64,000 nt of DNA from Yuukianura sp. NJ FZ-2021. Taxonomy: Eukaryota. The DNA lies in NCBI GenBank assembly GCA_046563655.1, contig CM102285.1, positions 7,254,001-7,318,000 of the forward strand. The letters are read 5' to 3'. Under the pieces are notes generated by a model. That model did no database searches, was not told the origin of the DNA, and saw only the letters and a program-made list of their open reading frames with translations. Positions 12,236 to 24,700 of this stretch are shown here, piece by piece (the stretch's first letter is position 1; every line of letters starts with the position of its first letter). A program made the position numbers and the translations under genes.

Positions 12236-13485
12236 TTTAGTAACTCTGTGTTTCTACTTTTGTAACAAGTTTATTTACACACGGAAACTAATCAATTAGT
12301 AGTTGAGAACCGGATTTCAATTGTTTAACTGATGTATCGCCTCCTCAGTAATTTTTACTGGTAGTAATTCAACTAACTCTCTCGGCTGTCTTTAGTCAGA
12401 GAAGTAGAGAAGAGAAGGGTAATTTACAAGACAAAGAAAATCCAACGGAGATGCCACTAGTTGAGACAGTTTCAAATTTCGGCGGGTTTCTACAAAAACT
12501 GACGCATTTCCCGTGGCGTTACTTGTTCCGTTTCTTATCGCCACGAAACACTGAAAAATATAACTACAACTTCTAAATTCTGTCGGAGGGTCAGAACTGG
12601 CAGTTTAAATGCTGTGAGAACTTGTAAATGTCTTTAAATGCTAATCACATAAGTGATTGATTGCTAATTGTTCTTGGGAAATAGGTGTCGTTAAACTTCT
12701 AGTAAGTACAAAATAACAGAGGGTGAATAACAGGAGAGGAGAGGACTAACAACTTTGTGAAATGGCCTTCCTTCTAAAATTGAAATTAATACCGCAATGG
12801 CTCTTGCGGTTTCTTTCAAGAAGACCTGGAAGACATTACTACTGTACACACACAGGAGTTGCTAGGTCAAGCCGGAAATCCACAAAATCAGCGATTAGAC
12901 AACTCAGATGCCTATTTCCATTAACATTTTCTGTAAACTGCTGGAGTTACTGGGATTTGGTTTACTATTGACATTTTGCGGTTTTCATTCTCATGAAAAC
13001 TGTAGTCTTCATTTGTTGTCTACTTCAGAACCAGATTTGAGCAAAGTGTTGCAACTGAATGCCGGTTATTCAAAATTAAAACGTTTAAGTTTTTGAAGTA
13101 TTGGATGTCAGGAGCTGCCATGAATCTGCTCATGCTGTTTTAATATATAAAATGACACAAGAATGCATGAAAAAAGAATCAAAATCTTCCAAAATAAAAG
13201 TAAACGCTTATTTTTGACGAAATTTAGCTTCAAGTGGCATCGCAACAGCGTTGAGTCGACGCAACGCTGAATTCAACAAACAAATCTAGAACGACGAAAC
13301 GAGTGCAACTTTTTGTGTCTTCGCGCAACGGCATGGCACCAGTGCAGTAAAGCGCAAGTTTCCAGCAGCGGCGGCTTTTCTTCTCCAAATTCTAAATTGC
13401 TAAATTCTAAATTGGACATTCCTGCGGAGGCTTCCTTTGTTTATTTTGAATCAAGAAAAAGCTTTCACGCCTTTACACCTTCAGA

Positions 13486-14076
13486 ATGTGCGGGACATAC
13501 AATAACGGATGTGGAGGTCAGCGCAGGTCATCTGGCTCCTTTGGGCGGGTAAGCGTATTTCTCGAATCGTAATTGGTTGCTTACGTTTTAATAATTCTAT
13601 TGTTGATTTTTACAGTGTCCGCAGCGGTACTGCTCTTGTCCATGCCCGATTTCGTGTCAAGATGTCATGGGCGCAAGAGTCTGGGTATGACCCGTTTTTT
13701 AAAGTATAGTTTATTGAAGAGAATCACTTACATTAAATGCTGTTTAGGGCGTACCATGCGTCTGGCCATGTGACCCAAGGATAACGGAACCGGAATCTAA
13801 CTGCTGTCAGCGAAGATTTGTACCATTTCCAACGTGTGACTGCGGCGTAAGTGTTTCTTGTTGCTTTGTACTAAAAATTTTATGAGAATTACGTCCAGGC
13901 TTTGAAAGTTACTACAGTGCACTTCTTTTGCTTTTAGCCTCCGCCATCTTGCTACTGCAACGTCAGCCTTTGCACGCCCCGCTGCCCACCTCGATGTGGT
14001 AACAAACGCCTTCACTGTTTTAATCAAAATTCCTGACATAAAAACTGTTTCTTCTTTTTGTTCAGGGGATTGTTGA
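13486..14076 (+). CDS. Cys/Pro-rich small protein A (100 aa, 5 exons)
   Basis: Exons 13486-13548, 13616-13684, 13748-13846, 13938-13998 and 14066-14076, all GT-AG and in frame: MCGTYNNGCGG...CPQRYCSCPCPISC...PPPSCYCNVSLCTPRCPPRCGDC*. Confidence 0.75.
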
Positions 14077-14913
14077 GGACGCCATCCAACGCAAATGCAA
14101 CAAATGTCACGTCCATGATTTGGATCTAGCGATTTGATAACCGATTTTTGTAGCAGAGCATTAATTAATTAATAAGACCGAAAAGGAAGGTCGAGGAAAA
14201 CATAAAATAAAGAAACCACAATCAATGGCGTGTACCCTACACATGCTTCGATTTGTACGAATCCTTTTTTTAACAACCAATTCCTAGTTTGCATTAATTA
14301 TCGAAAGTATAGTTAGTGTATTAGTTTCTATTGGAGTGCACTTCTCCAAGTGTTGTACATGTGGAACAGCTTTTTTCCTGGACAAGAAACACTTTTTTCA
14401 TGTGGCCCTGGCAGGAGTTTTTAGCTTCGCGAGTTTTGGAAAGACAAAGATAACTTTTGGGGACATAATTATACGATATTTATTTTTATTTATTTATCGT
14501 TTTTACGCGGTTGTGTACAATTTTGTGTTTCCTGGATCTTAGCTAGAATCAAGGGGTCTTAATTATGATAATATTAAACTAGTTAAACTTCCAGCCTTCC
14601 TCAATATTTCATTCATTTTCACTTGTTTCTATAAAAGTAATTTTTTCAATTCATTTTGAAATTTTATAATGATATTTTACTTGCCAGATTTGTTTCTGTA
14701 GCAACACGGAATTAAACAAAATTCTTAGCAGATTATCAACAATTCGATGTATTTAGTGAGTCCAAACCACCAAAATTCAGTGACGAGGAGGGGAACAACG
14801 AAGAAGCTGTTGTTGCTGCTTGCTGTCCAAAATTTTCAAAATTATCCAAATTCTGGTTTTTACCAGTAGTTAGCAAAGACCCGTGTTCGACTAAATCCAA
14901 ATTCAAAAGAGAG

Positions 14914-15718
14914 ATGCCTGGAGTCCCTGGATCAAGCGGAGTAAGCCAGTTACTGAAATTCAATTAATTTTCACCAGAAATATTTAATTATAAGCTGTAA
15001 TTTCAATTTACTACAATTTAGACCTGCGGATTTGGTCCAAGTTTGACCGTATCGTTTGAATATGCTCCACCATCGCCAAGTTGTTGTAAGCACTATCTTT
15101 TCGTTGTCGCGATTTTTTTCCTGGAAGAGCGAAACGATTCCAGGAGAAGTTATTGGTGCAGTTGATCATATTTTGTTGTTTTTCAGGTGGAGTTCGCTGC
15201 TGTCCTACTGCTGTAAGTCTAACGAATACATTTCGAAAAAAGATATCCTATTCACTAATTAATGTTTTGAACTTCATGTAGCAACCTTGCTGCCCCACGC
15301 CTTGTGCCTGTCCACCCCCGCCCTGTGTAAGAAACTATAAATACAAGATTTTATCAGCAGCAGATTTTAACTATAATTGAATTAACATTCTAATTATGTT
15401 TTCTATAACTAGCCAATTCGACCGCCAACTCGCGTGTGTCCGACATGGTGCTGTGGTGCTCCCTGTCCTACTCCTGCCGGTTAGATCAAACCTAACTTGA
15501 AAACTTTACAAAGTCTAAAAAAAATTCAAAGACTGAACGTATTCTTTTTCGCAAGCTGTGCCGAAACCTACAATTCAGCCAATCCAGATCTGGGGATGCA
15601 CTCCGCATGTTTGTTGCGCATGCCCGCCGCCATGTTGTGAGAATTATACACTCATTTTTTATTTGTCCTATGTGCGATAACAACATAAGTCATTTATTAC
15701 ATTTCAGGGTATTGCTGA
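14914..15718 (+). CDS. Cys/Pro-rich small protein B (106 aa, 7 exons)
   Basis: Exons 14914-14940, 15022-15085, 15187-15212, 15282-15326, 15413-15479, 15556-15636 and 15708-15718: MPGVPGSSGTCG...CCGVRCCPTAQPCCPTPCACPPPPC...PTIQPIQIWGCTPHVCCACPPPCWYC*. Confidence 0.75.
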
Positions 15719-16096
15719 TTGCCTGTGCCTGCCAGGAGCATTTTGGGGAAAACATTTATCCTCAAGAAATTGTAGTCGGTAGATGTAAAAATTGAACAAG
15801 TAATAGCTAAATCAATTGTTTGAACTTCAAAACAATGAAGTAGAAATAAATGCCAAAATAGACGACACATTTCACGAAGAATCCTGCCGGTTCAGTTATT
15901 CAAGCATGTACGAACGCGTTTTAAGTCATTTCCATGACGACATGCACGAACGAGATTTCTGAGTTTTCGGTACAATAACTTTGCGCTGTTTCAATGTCGG
16001 ATGCGGGACGACATCCAAAAAATTACTCAGCTAATAGAGACCCTGTCAAGAGTTGTTTTATTTTTCAAATTCGAAATTTGATTTCCTGTTACGAAA

Positions 16097-16718
16097 ATGT
16101 GTGAGCGAAACAAAAACTGCTGCGGGGAGTACCTGGCCGCCGTCATCGTAAGTCTCACTGTTTGATAATTCAATATGTAGTTCCATTATTAAAAGTTATT
16201 TTAAACACTTCCAACAGAATCAGCCCCGGAATTATTTCGGAAATCAAAAGCGTGGAAACCCCTGCTCAGCCATTATGCCTCAACAGACTTGTATAAAAAG
16301 CATTTTTTTTTTCAAAAATTAAAATTTGTATTCAACGCACTTGCTGAATTACTATTTCGTAGGTGAATTTGGATTTTCTTGCTGTCTTCCAACATGTTGT
16401 GTAAGTTTCAAAATCGTAAAGGAAAAAAATTTCAGCAAATTAATAAAATGGTCGTAAATAAACAGCCACACCCGTCGCTTTGCGTTCAGCGACGACAACC
16501 TGAACCGCAAATGATCTGCTACAACCCGTGCGCTTGCCCAATTCGTTGCCGATGTGCTGGAGAATGCTGTCCCCTCACATACTGCTCTCCGCCATTCATG
16601 CGTAAAAAAGACATGATTTCTATCATCAATTCCATTCATGTGATGGATGACTGATATTCAAAAAGTCGAACTAAACTTATTTCCTTTTCTTTTTTCTTAT
16701 GCAGCTCCATTCGTCTGA
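16097..16718 (+). CDS. Cys/Pro-rich small protein C (103 aa, 5 exons)
   Basis: Exons 16097-16147, 16218-16290, 16363-16400, 16466-16601 and 16705-16718: MCERNKNCCGEY...CEFGFSCCLPTCCPHPSLC...PCACPIRCRCAGECCPLTYCSPPFMPPFV*. Confidence 0.7.
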
Positions 16719-16846
16719 AAACCCTCGGCGTGCCGTGCCATGTACGACTCACAGAAAATACCGAATTTTCGACAAAATTTTGTCCTAAACTAACGTTTCT
16801 GAAATAAATTTACAAAATTCTTTGAAACGTTCCAAAATCGGAACAA

Positions 16847-17307
16847 ATTCGGCAAAACGGCGCTTCGATTGTTTGCGAATAAAATATCATTTTATATCAA
16901 TTTTTGGGCGTAGATTCCGAATCTGAAATCCGTTTTTGGCGGTCGCACCTCCTTCCTGGTAAGATTAATTAATTAACATTTTAATTAACAGTGAGTGCAT
17001 TTCATATGTAGAATGAGTTTGTAACCAATGGAGATTCGAATTTATTGTTGTTATATGCTAACCAAACCTAACGCGCGCCTTCGGCGCGGAGATATAACAA
17101 ACAACAATCCTTGGTTTCCGTTGGTTACACCACAAATTCTCATTCTGTATATCAAATTCACACTGTTAATTAGAATCTTAATTAATTAATCTCACCAAGA
17201 AGGAGGTGTGACCGCCAAAAACGGATTTCAGATTCGGAATCTGCACCCAAAAATTGATATAAAAGGACATTTTAATCGTAAAAAATCGAAGCGCCGTTTT
17301 GCCGAAT
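16847..17307. mobile_element. Palindromic MITE (~460 bp)
   Basis: attcggcaaaacggcgcttcgat... at 16847 pairs with ...atcgaagcgccgttttgccgaat ending at 17307. The arms are ~200 bp and the centre has taaccaaacctaac and a gcgcc-ttc-ggcgc hairpin. No clear TSD. Confidence 0.8.
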
Positions 17308-17490
17308 ATAAGCCCCAAAATCTCCTGGGCAATGAGCGACAGGTTATTGTGATAAAACTTTAGCACGTCACGTTTTACATCGTCAGCGCAGCAGCGTTAT
17401 CTTCTACAACACAAAAAAAGTCACACTTTGTAAAAATTTGGAACTTTGTGATTTCCAAATTCCGAAGCATTTCAAAATTCCAAAGTCTAA

Positions 17491-18251
17491 ATGATTCGTT
17501 CGCAGAATAACCCATGTGTAAGTTAAATTTTCGGTCATACAGCCGTCGGAACTTGTAATTTAATTTGTTTTAAATCTCCACTTTAGCTTCAACCCTGCTG
17601 CTGTTGCCCTCGAAAGGCATGTCTCCGAAGTGGACTCACTCTTCGGGTTGACCCGATGCCTTGCTGTCCACCACTGCCTTGTTGGAGTATGAACTTTATA
17701 AAAAAAAAAGATTTTGTCATTATATTTTGCAAATATGAAGAAGAAGTACTAAATATATGTGTTTATTTGCAGAGAACCCTTATGGATGTTGTTGTCCACC
17801 GCGCTGCGTACTAACGATAATTCATTTAAACAAAATCTATAATAATGAAATATTATTGACCTGTGACCTTTGACCTCCTCTTAGCCATGTGACCCAACAA
17901 CGGTGTACTTCCGTGGCCCGCCACCAATACCCTCCACCTCTTCTTGTCCCACTGAAGAGGAACTGTGCAATTTGCCGCTCCACCGACTCTACACGCTGCT
18001 TTGTCCCAAGTGCCCGCCGAATACCGAAGTTCGCCCCACACCACGCCCTCCGCCAATTCCGTTTTATCACATCGATGGGTGTTGTCCAGGTATATTTCCT
18101 ACAGTGGTTTAAAGTTACTGCTTAGGATTCAAACTACATAACTTTTAACCAGCTCAATGAAATCCCTAATGTCTTCTTCTGCGTGTTGACAGGAAACTGG
18201 AAATGTCCGTTCACCCCTTGTGAAGAAGCAGCTTTGATGGGACGCCACTAA
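17491..18251 (+). CDS. Cys/Pro-rich small protein D (141 aa, 5 exons)
   Basis: Exons 17491-17517, 17587-17686, 17773-17807, 17885-18089 and 18193-18251: MIRSQNNPCLQPCCCCPRKAC...PMPCCPPLPCWKNPYGCCCPPRCPCDP...DGCCPGNWKCPFTPCEEAALMGRH*. Confidence 0.7.
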
Positions 18252-18298
18252 AGTTCCACACGAAAACAGAATCAGAGATGATGAGAAATTTAATTGTA

Positions 18299-20152
18299 GC
18301 GTTCCGACGTAAAACAACACGACTCAGATTTTGAAAATTTTCTTCCCGTGGAAACCAAAAAAGTAAACAAAAATCGTTAAGAGTCGGCACTGAAAATTGT
18401 TTCGCTCAAGTTCAAAGAAGCAGTGTACGTCTTTTCAATTTTAACGCAGAATACTGAGTAAGTTTGGATTCAAATCGTAAGGCTTTCGTGTAGTGGCGTT
18501 TTGTAAAAGTATTTTGTAATGTAAACTGGTCCATACCTAATTAATCGCCAAGAAATGAATCGGTTTTTGAACTTACAAAGGTTCCAAGAAACCAGCGAAT
18601 CACTGCGCAAAATTGTGTCGCTGATTTTTTAACACCATCTTTTGGAGCCATAACGAAGTAGCGACAGTATTGCTGGTTCAGCAGATTGAACGCCGATTGC
18701 ACTTTATTTCTTCTCGAGCAATTGTGCCACCCGCACGAAAATTCTTAGCAAGTAAACATTGACAGAAAAATTACAATATCATTAAAATTTAAAATAACTT
18801 TCAGCCGTTGAAAGTGGCTAGAATGCCACTTTCATCCGAGGAAAGTGTTTAGAATGTCACTTTTAAGCCGCTGATATTGGTTGGAAAGTCACTTTTATCC
18901 GCTGACAGTGGCTGGAATACCACTTATCCGTCGAAAATGGTTGGAATGCCACTTTCATCCGCTTGATATCCAACGCTGGATGAAATGTCGAAAAAGTGGA
19001 TATCAACTAGTACGATATCATCGAAAAAAGTACTATCATCCAATACAACTAAAACTGGGAATTCAAACTTTATGAGATTTCTGAAAGCGTTGTTAAATTT
19101 AAATATATTAATTTGCGAAATTATAAAACGTTTCTTTCGTTGGTTCATTATCTGTCATCAGTATCTATTTGTTTGAATTGTGGGCTCATCTCCTACGTTC
19201 CTTCCATCGAATAATATGCTTGGTGTTCACCTTTTAAACATTTTATCCAAAGCTGGATAAAAATGGACCAAATGAAGAAGCCAAAGAGGTGGGCTTAATT
19301 AATTAATTTGAAATTAAAAAACAGAAAAGATTCAAATAAAGTATGCAAAGCAATACCAACAGAACAAGGATAGCTCTCTAGAATAGCAGTGGAGATTTCT
19401 ATTAATTACTCTTTATCTCCGCAGCAGTTAATCCCCAAAAGCACTGGGAAATTGGTATATTGTTCCTAGCTTAAACCACTGTTTCTGGATACCCACTTTT
19501 CGACATTGCGTCCACCGCTGGATATCCAGTGAAAGAAATGGACGAAATGGATGAATCCAAAGGGCGGAGCTTTGCCCGCACAGTCTGAATGATTTAAAAA
19601 TAAAAAGTGGAAACAAGTCAAAAACAGTATAAAAACAGCTCCAAATCGTGCTATAACAAAACCAATCAATCAAAAGAGGTATAAATAATTAATTAAATTA
19701 TTCCATAAAAATTATTTAAAATTTATATGAAATTGGCGCTGAGTTTTTGAACTCAGCTGATTTCTTCCATCCACCGTCCAGTAGGACCCCATTTCTTCCA
19801 CTGGATATCCAGTGGAAGTGGCAATTATGCCACTGCACGTTTAAGCATCCAGCAACACTGGCTTTAACGCATTAGCCAGACGGACATACGAGCCGATTCC
19901 TACAAGTAGTATCTAACGATACTTACAACTGAGGTACAGACCGACATACAAAAGCTTAAACTGTCTCGTTCGCAACGAAATCCAAATTGTCCCACAAGTT
20001 GATAACTTTCAATTTCACTCAATTTGCAACAATTTTGAATCGCTAATTTCATGGATAATTTTTGCCGATTTTGCTGATGTTTGTTTACTTTTTTCAATTA
20101 GCAACACAAGTCGTCAACGGTTTTTGAGTTGTGTTGTTTTACGTCGGAACGA
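18299..20152. mobile_element. Non-autonomous TIR DNA element (~1.85 kb) with internal inverted and tandem repeats
   Basis: A ~27-bp TIR cgttccgacgtaaaacaacac(g/a)actca at 18300 and ending at 20151, with TA one base outside each side. Inside are an inverted pair (18965-19003 vs 19488-19527) and tandem gaatgccactttcatccg repeats at 18820-18960. Confidence 0.65.
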
Positions 20153-20382
20153 TAGAATTCTAGCGATCTTTTGTATCCCAAATATTGATTTCATGGCAAT
20201 GAAAAATTGAATTAAAAAGGCTAACAAACAAACTTTTCTGGGTGTGGCGGTTTGTACTTTTTTGCGACGATGATCTGCTTGTAAAACGCTAAATTACGAA
20301 AGGAATTTCGAAAACCGGTCGCGGTCGGATCCAACGAGAACCGAGTATTTCTGAACAAAATTTTAAATTACTCAACCTGAAA

Positions 20383-20967
20383 ATGTGTGGAAGCTGCGCC
20401 TGTTGTGTAAGTACATAATTCCTTGAGACTGGTGAAGTCTTTTGCTAACCAATTGTTATATTATAGGAACCATGCTGCAGAGTTAATCCACAGCCGGCTT
20501 GCTCAACTTGCCCCAGACTGGCCTTGGTTTGTTCGTTGTCGAACGTTGGACCTGCGCCTTGCGTACCTCCACCGCGTCCTTGGGCTCGCCCTTCACGTCA
20601 ATGCTGCATTCGTCCTTGGATTCCGGTAAAATCTAACAGTAAAGTTCCACTTCACCTATCACCTAAAAAGTTGCTAACTGAATACGCAGAATTCACACCG
20701 TTGTCATCCACCACCACTCTGCTCCGTGGCTATGAACCAACCACCAATCAAGAAAGTCTATGAAATTCGCTACTTCATGCCTGAGACCTGTGGCACCCTT
20801 CCTGGATACTGCCGATTCCGGACTATGCCACCACCAGCATGCGTAAGTCCAATCTAAGGCTTTTCAATTCATTCAAAATCACAAAAACCACCACAGAGTT
20901 CTAAGCATTACGTCGCTTTTTGTAGTCTGGACGTCTCGTCCCGTCCAAATTCATGACGATGTGTTGA
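20383..20967 (+). CDS. Cys/Pro-rich small protein E (125 aa, 4 exons)
   Basis: Exons 20383-20406, 20467-20625, 20690-20842 and 20926-20967, all phase-0 introns: MCGSCACCEPCCRVNPQPACSTCPR...RQCCIRPWIP...MPPPACSGRLVPSKFMTMC*. Confidence 0.75.
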
Positions 20968-21623
20968 TCATTTGGCCAAACAACAAAAGTATACGAGAAA
21001 TCTCAAAAATAGTTCAAATTGAATTTTGAGTGCCAATAAATGTTCATAATACAATTTGACGTCAAAGACTAAAATAGGATTTATTTTAACATCACAAGAA
21101 TGGGTATTCCTCTAATCCAAAAAGATGAAAGTTAAAATGTAGTGTTACTTATTGCATTAGTATAAATCACATTAGGAAATTGCCTAAATCGAGTGACCTC
21201 AAATTGACGCGAAAGGAGGTGAAGGTTATGATGCATTGAGAGGTATTTTAGCATGAACTCTTCAAACTTTCATATAAAAGTCATGGTCACCAGATTTCAC
21301 TTCTGATGGGGTAATAATATCTAGGAAGTTTTGAATTATGAAATAAGCATATCGTTCTTCAGATGTTTCGTATCTTGAGACAGGAACTTGCTGACTCTAC
21401 GCACATTTTTGTTATGTATGTTAAAATTAATCAACTGAACTAATGAAGTTCTCTAATTATATACATGACTCTTGGAAGTAATCGATATGGTAAAGAGGGA
21501 TCCAAAACAATTAAGTGCGGAAATAACTTGTGTAGGTTGGGAAAGTTGTGAAGACAACGTTTGTAAAGTGGGTGGGGCAAGCGGTGGATCAGACTTTTTG
21601 AATAGTTGCTGCGCATGAGCACC

Positions 21624-24600
21624 TTAGACTCGCTGGTCATCGGAATCGAGCGATACCCGGCTGCAAGTAGAGTCCTCGTCTCCCTCCATTGTAAACGTTA
21701 TCTTGATTCCGGTATTATCCTTTTCCAGTTCAACTCGGCGTGCTAAAATTACGCAAAAAATCAAACTTTGAATAGAATCCTTGCGACTTATTTAGCACAA
21801 AGGCACCTACCTTCTAAAATGGCTTCCAATTCGGCTTCAGTATTGCAGTATTTGAATGGAGTTTCGGAGTCCTGCATTGCTCCCATGATTATGCGCAGAA
21901 TAGAAGATTTCACCCGCCAAAGAACAAGCTCTTGGTTCTTTTTGTGAAAACTGCTAAAGATGTCCTTCATTCCTCGTGCGGCCGTAAAATCGGCAAATTG
22001 AATGTGTTGACAATCAATTACGACCGGAAGTCTGCCCTTGGCCCAATTCACACCAGACTTGAGTACAACATAATTCGTGTACTCCACCGACGGGAAAGTT
22101 AAAGAGCGATCCAGCTCAACCAAAATAAACTCAACCCCTGTAGATGTCTGCGAAAAATAAAAAAGTAATGAACTTGGTTAGTGACACATAAATGAACTTC
22201 GCGGTGAAGTTTTGAGCATGGTGCTAAACTTACCTCTCCACGATTGACACGTACTCCAGGACGAGCTGAGTAGTACATAAGGAAGATCAGACTGATCAGG
22301 AATCCACAGAGAATTCCATACTCCAGGCCTAGGAGCAAACTGATGATGAAGGTCACCCCCCATGGGATAATGTCCATTCCTGTGAAATTCATTAGCCTTT
22401 AAACTTTAAACCTTTAAAAAAAATTAAAAACTTATAATTTTGCTTGTCACGTACGTTTACTTTTCCACATCGGCCGAATGATTCCAAGATCAATGGTGAA
22501 AATTACAGCGCACACGATGACCGACGCAAGAGCTGCCTTTGGAATATAGTAAAAGTATGGCGTGAGAAATTGAAGGGCCAAAATGACTAAGGTTCCAGTG
22601 ACAAGTCCGCCCATAGGGGTCTCCACTCCTGATGCATGGTTGACCATAGTTCTTGAAAAACTACCAGTGACTGGCATGGAGTTGCAGAAAGCTCCGATGA
22701 GATTCGAAAGACCTAAAGAAAACAAACCACAAAAAATGAATTTCCCACGAATTGAAAACATTTCACAAGAATTAGAAAACATGGGTTTATTCGCAGTATA
22801 CCAATCGTGATCATTTCCTGGGAAGCATCCACACGTGATGCAGGCGAGACAGCTTTTGCTACAGTGATGTGCTCCATAATAGCCAAGATAGGTATAACTA
22901 GTAAGCCAGACGAAGACATTTGGACAACGGAGGAAAACGTGTATTCAATAACTTCTCCATTGGTGTCATTGCCGCTAAATTGGAAAACAGGAACCTGAAA
23001 GGCTGGAAGTCCAGAGACGATGTGACCTACAGACCAGTTCAAACCAATTACGTCATCGTTGGTTGACCACTTTAAAAGTTGTTTTTCTGGGTTGATGGAA
23101 ATTTACCTACTACTGCTACTGGAGGTGGATCTCCCCATACACCGTAGAAGATTGTGCAAGCAACTACCACGATTGCGGAGCGTGATGTGGATAAGAGCCA
23201 TAGTGTCTTGTCAAGGACTTTCCATCTTTTGGCGCAGCTAAAAATCCGTTGAAGGTACTAAAAGTATCCAGAGAAGACATGATTTATGATGTGATTAGCA
23301 CAAGTGTGAGATTAATCTCGGTATTTTTGTTTTGAACTCCTCTTAAACTGTGACATATTATGACATACTTGTAAGAAAATCAAGGAAGTGATACAGACGA
23401 CACTGAGCAAGAGGTCATGGAGTTTCGTGAGATGAACTTCAGCGATGAGCCCCTTCACTACGTCCACGATACCATTGGCATGAAAACTGAGGCCAAGGAG
23501 AGACTGAACTTGGGTGCTAACAATGGTGATGGCCACTGCTGAAGTGAAACCGGACATAACAGGAGTCGAAATGAAGGTTACAATGAATCCCAGTTGAAGA
23601 ATGCCCATGCAGAGGGTGATGATTCCTGTCAACAGGGCGAGAATTACCGTGAACTCTGGTGGCTTTCCACCGCCATAAGTCAAGGTGATGATGGCCAAAC
23701 TCGCCTAATCCAAAAAATAACAAAGAATACATTGATAACATGCCGGTTAATGTCATCATAGTCAATCAAATTTAACAAAAGCATGCAGTGGATTGACATA
23801 TTGATTGAGTGTCACCTGAATGTTCTCTTTTAAAGTATTTTATAGCAATCTGTTTTTATCAGTACAGTGATTAGAAGTCATAGTTTTAATCGCGAATTTG
23901 ACTCACCGTTGGTCCGATATTGATTGCCTTTGTAGAACCAAACACGATGTATACGAAACACCCAACAAATCCACTGTAGAGTCCATACTAAAATATATAA
24001 TTACAGTATTAATAATAACAAATTGTTTCAATTCAGAAAAGGCAAATGAAAGTGAAAATAGTGGGAAGTGAAATGAGCATGAGAAAGTAAAGAGAAAGAC
24101 GGTAGGACACAAAGAAAAATACACTCAATGCATCTGCGAGGCGACGCACAGAAAGGAGGAGACGCATATCGGCATATCGTTGACATTCCTCACTATTTTC
24201 GTTTACTTGAGTTTATGTTTTTGAATGGAAAAATAGAAAAGCATGGGAAACCAAGGAATTTTTTGACTTTGTTTTCTAAAAATAGCTGAGAATGGGTTTT
24301 AAGTATCTTTTACCTGTGGTGGAAGTCCAGCTAATCCGGCATAAGCCAACGCTTGTGGTAAAATTGTTAACCCAACAGTAAGCCCCGCAATAAAATCACA
24401 AATAGCTTTGTTGAAATTGTACTTTGGAAGCCAACTAAAGATGGGAACTTTGCGGTGCAAGGTTTTCTTTCTGAAAGTATTTTTGGACCATTCTTGAAGT
24501 CCTTCCATGCAAGTCGGACCCTCAGCCTTGGAATCCACGAGACCCACTTCTGAGGTCGAGTGCTTTCCATTGGCCGCAGAAGACACAATGACATTGTTGT

Positions 24601-24700
24601 TTCCACTACCAACTGGATTGTTCAAGGATACTTGCGATGGCACTCGGGAAAGCCCCGACAGGCTCACTGAACTGTACGAATGGATCAACTGAGTCTTCAT
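21624..24700 (-). CDS. SLC26A11: SLC26 sodium-independent sulfate/anion transporter (SLC26A11-like)
   Basis: PIFSWLPKY, DFIAGLTVGLTILPQALAYAGLAGLPPQYGLY, FISTPVMSGFTSAVAI, MPVTGSFSRTMVNHASGV.TP.GG, FYYIPKAALA and a C-terminal STAS domain; multi-exon, stop at 21624. Confidence 0.9.

Noticed and set aside
18665..19860. hAT-like nested element (cagtattgctgg / ccagcaacactg)
   Set aside because: The terminal match is short and imperfect with no 8-bp TSD, so the boundaries cannot be supported.
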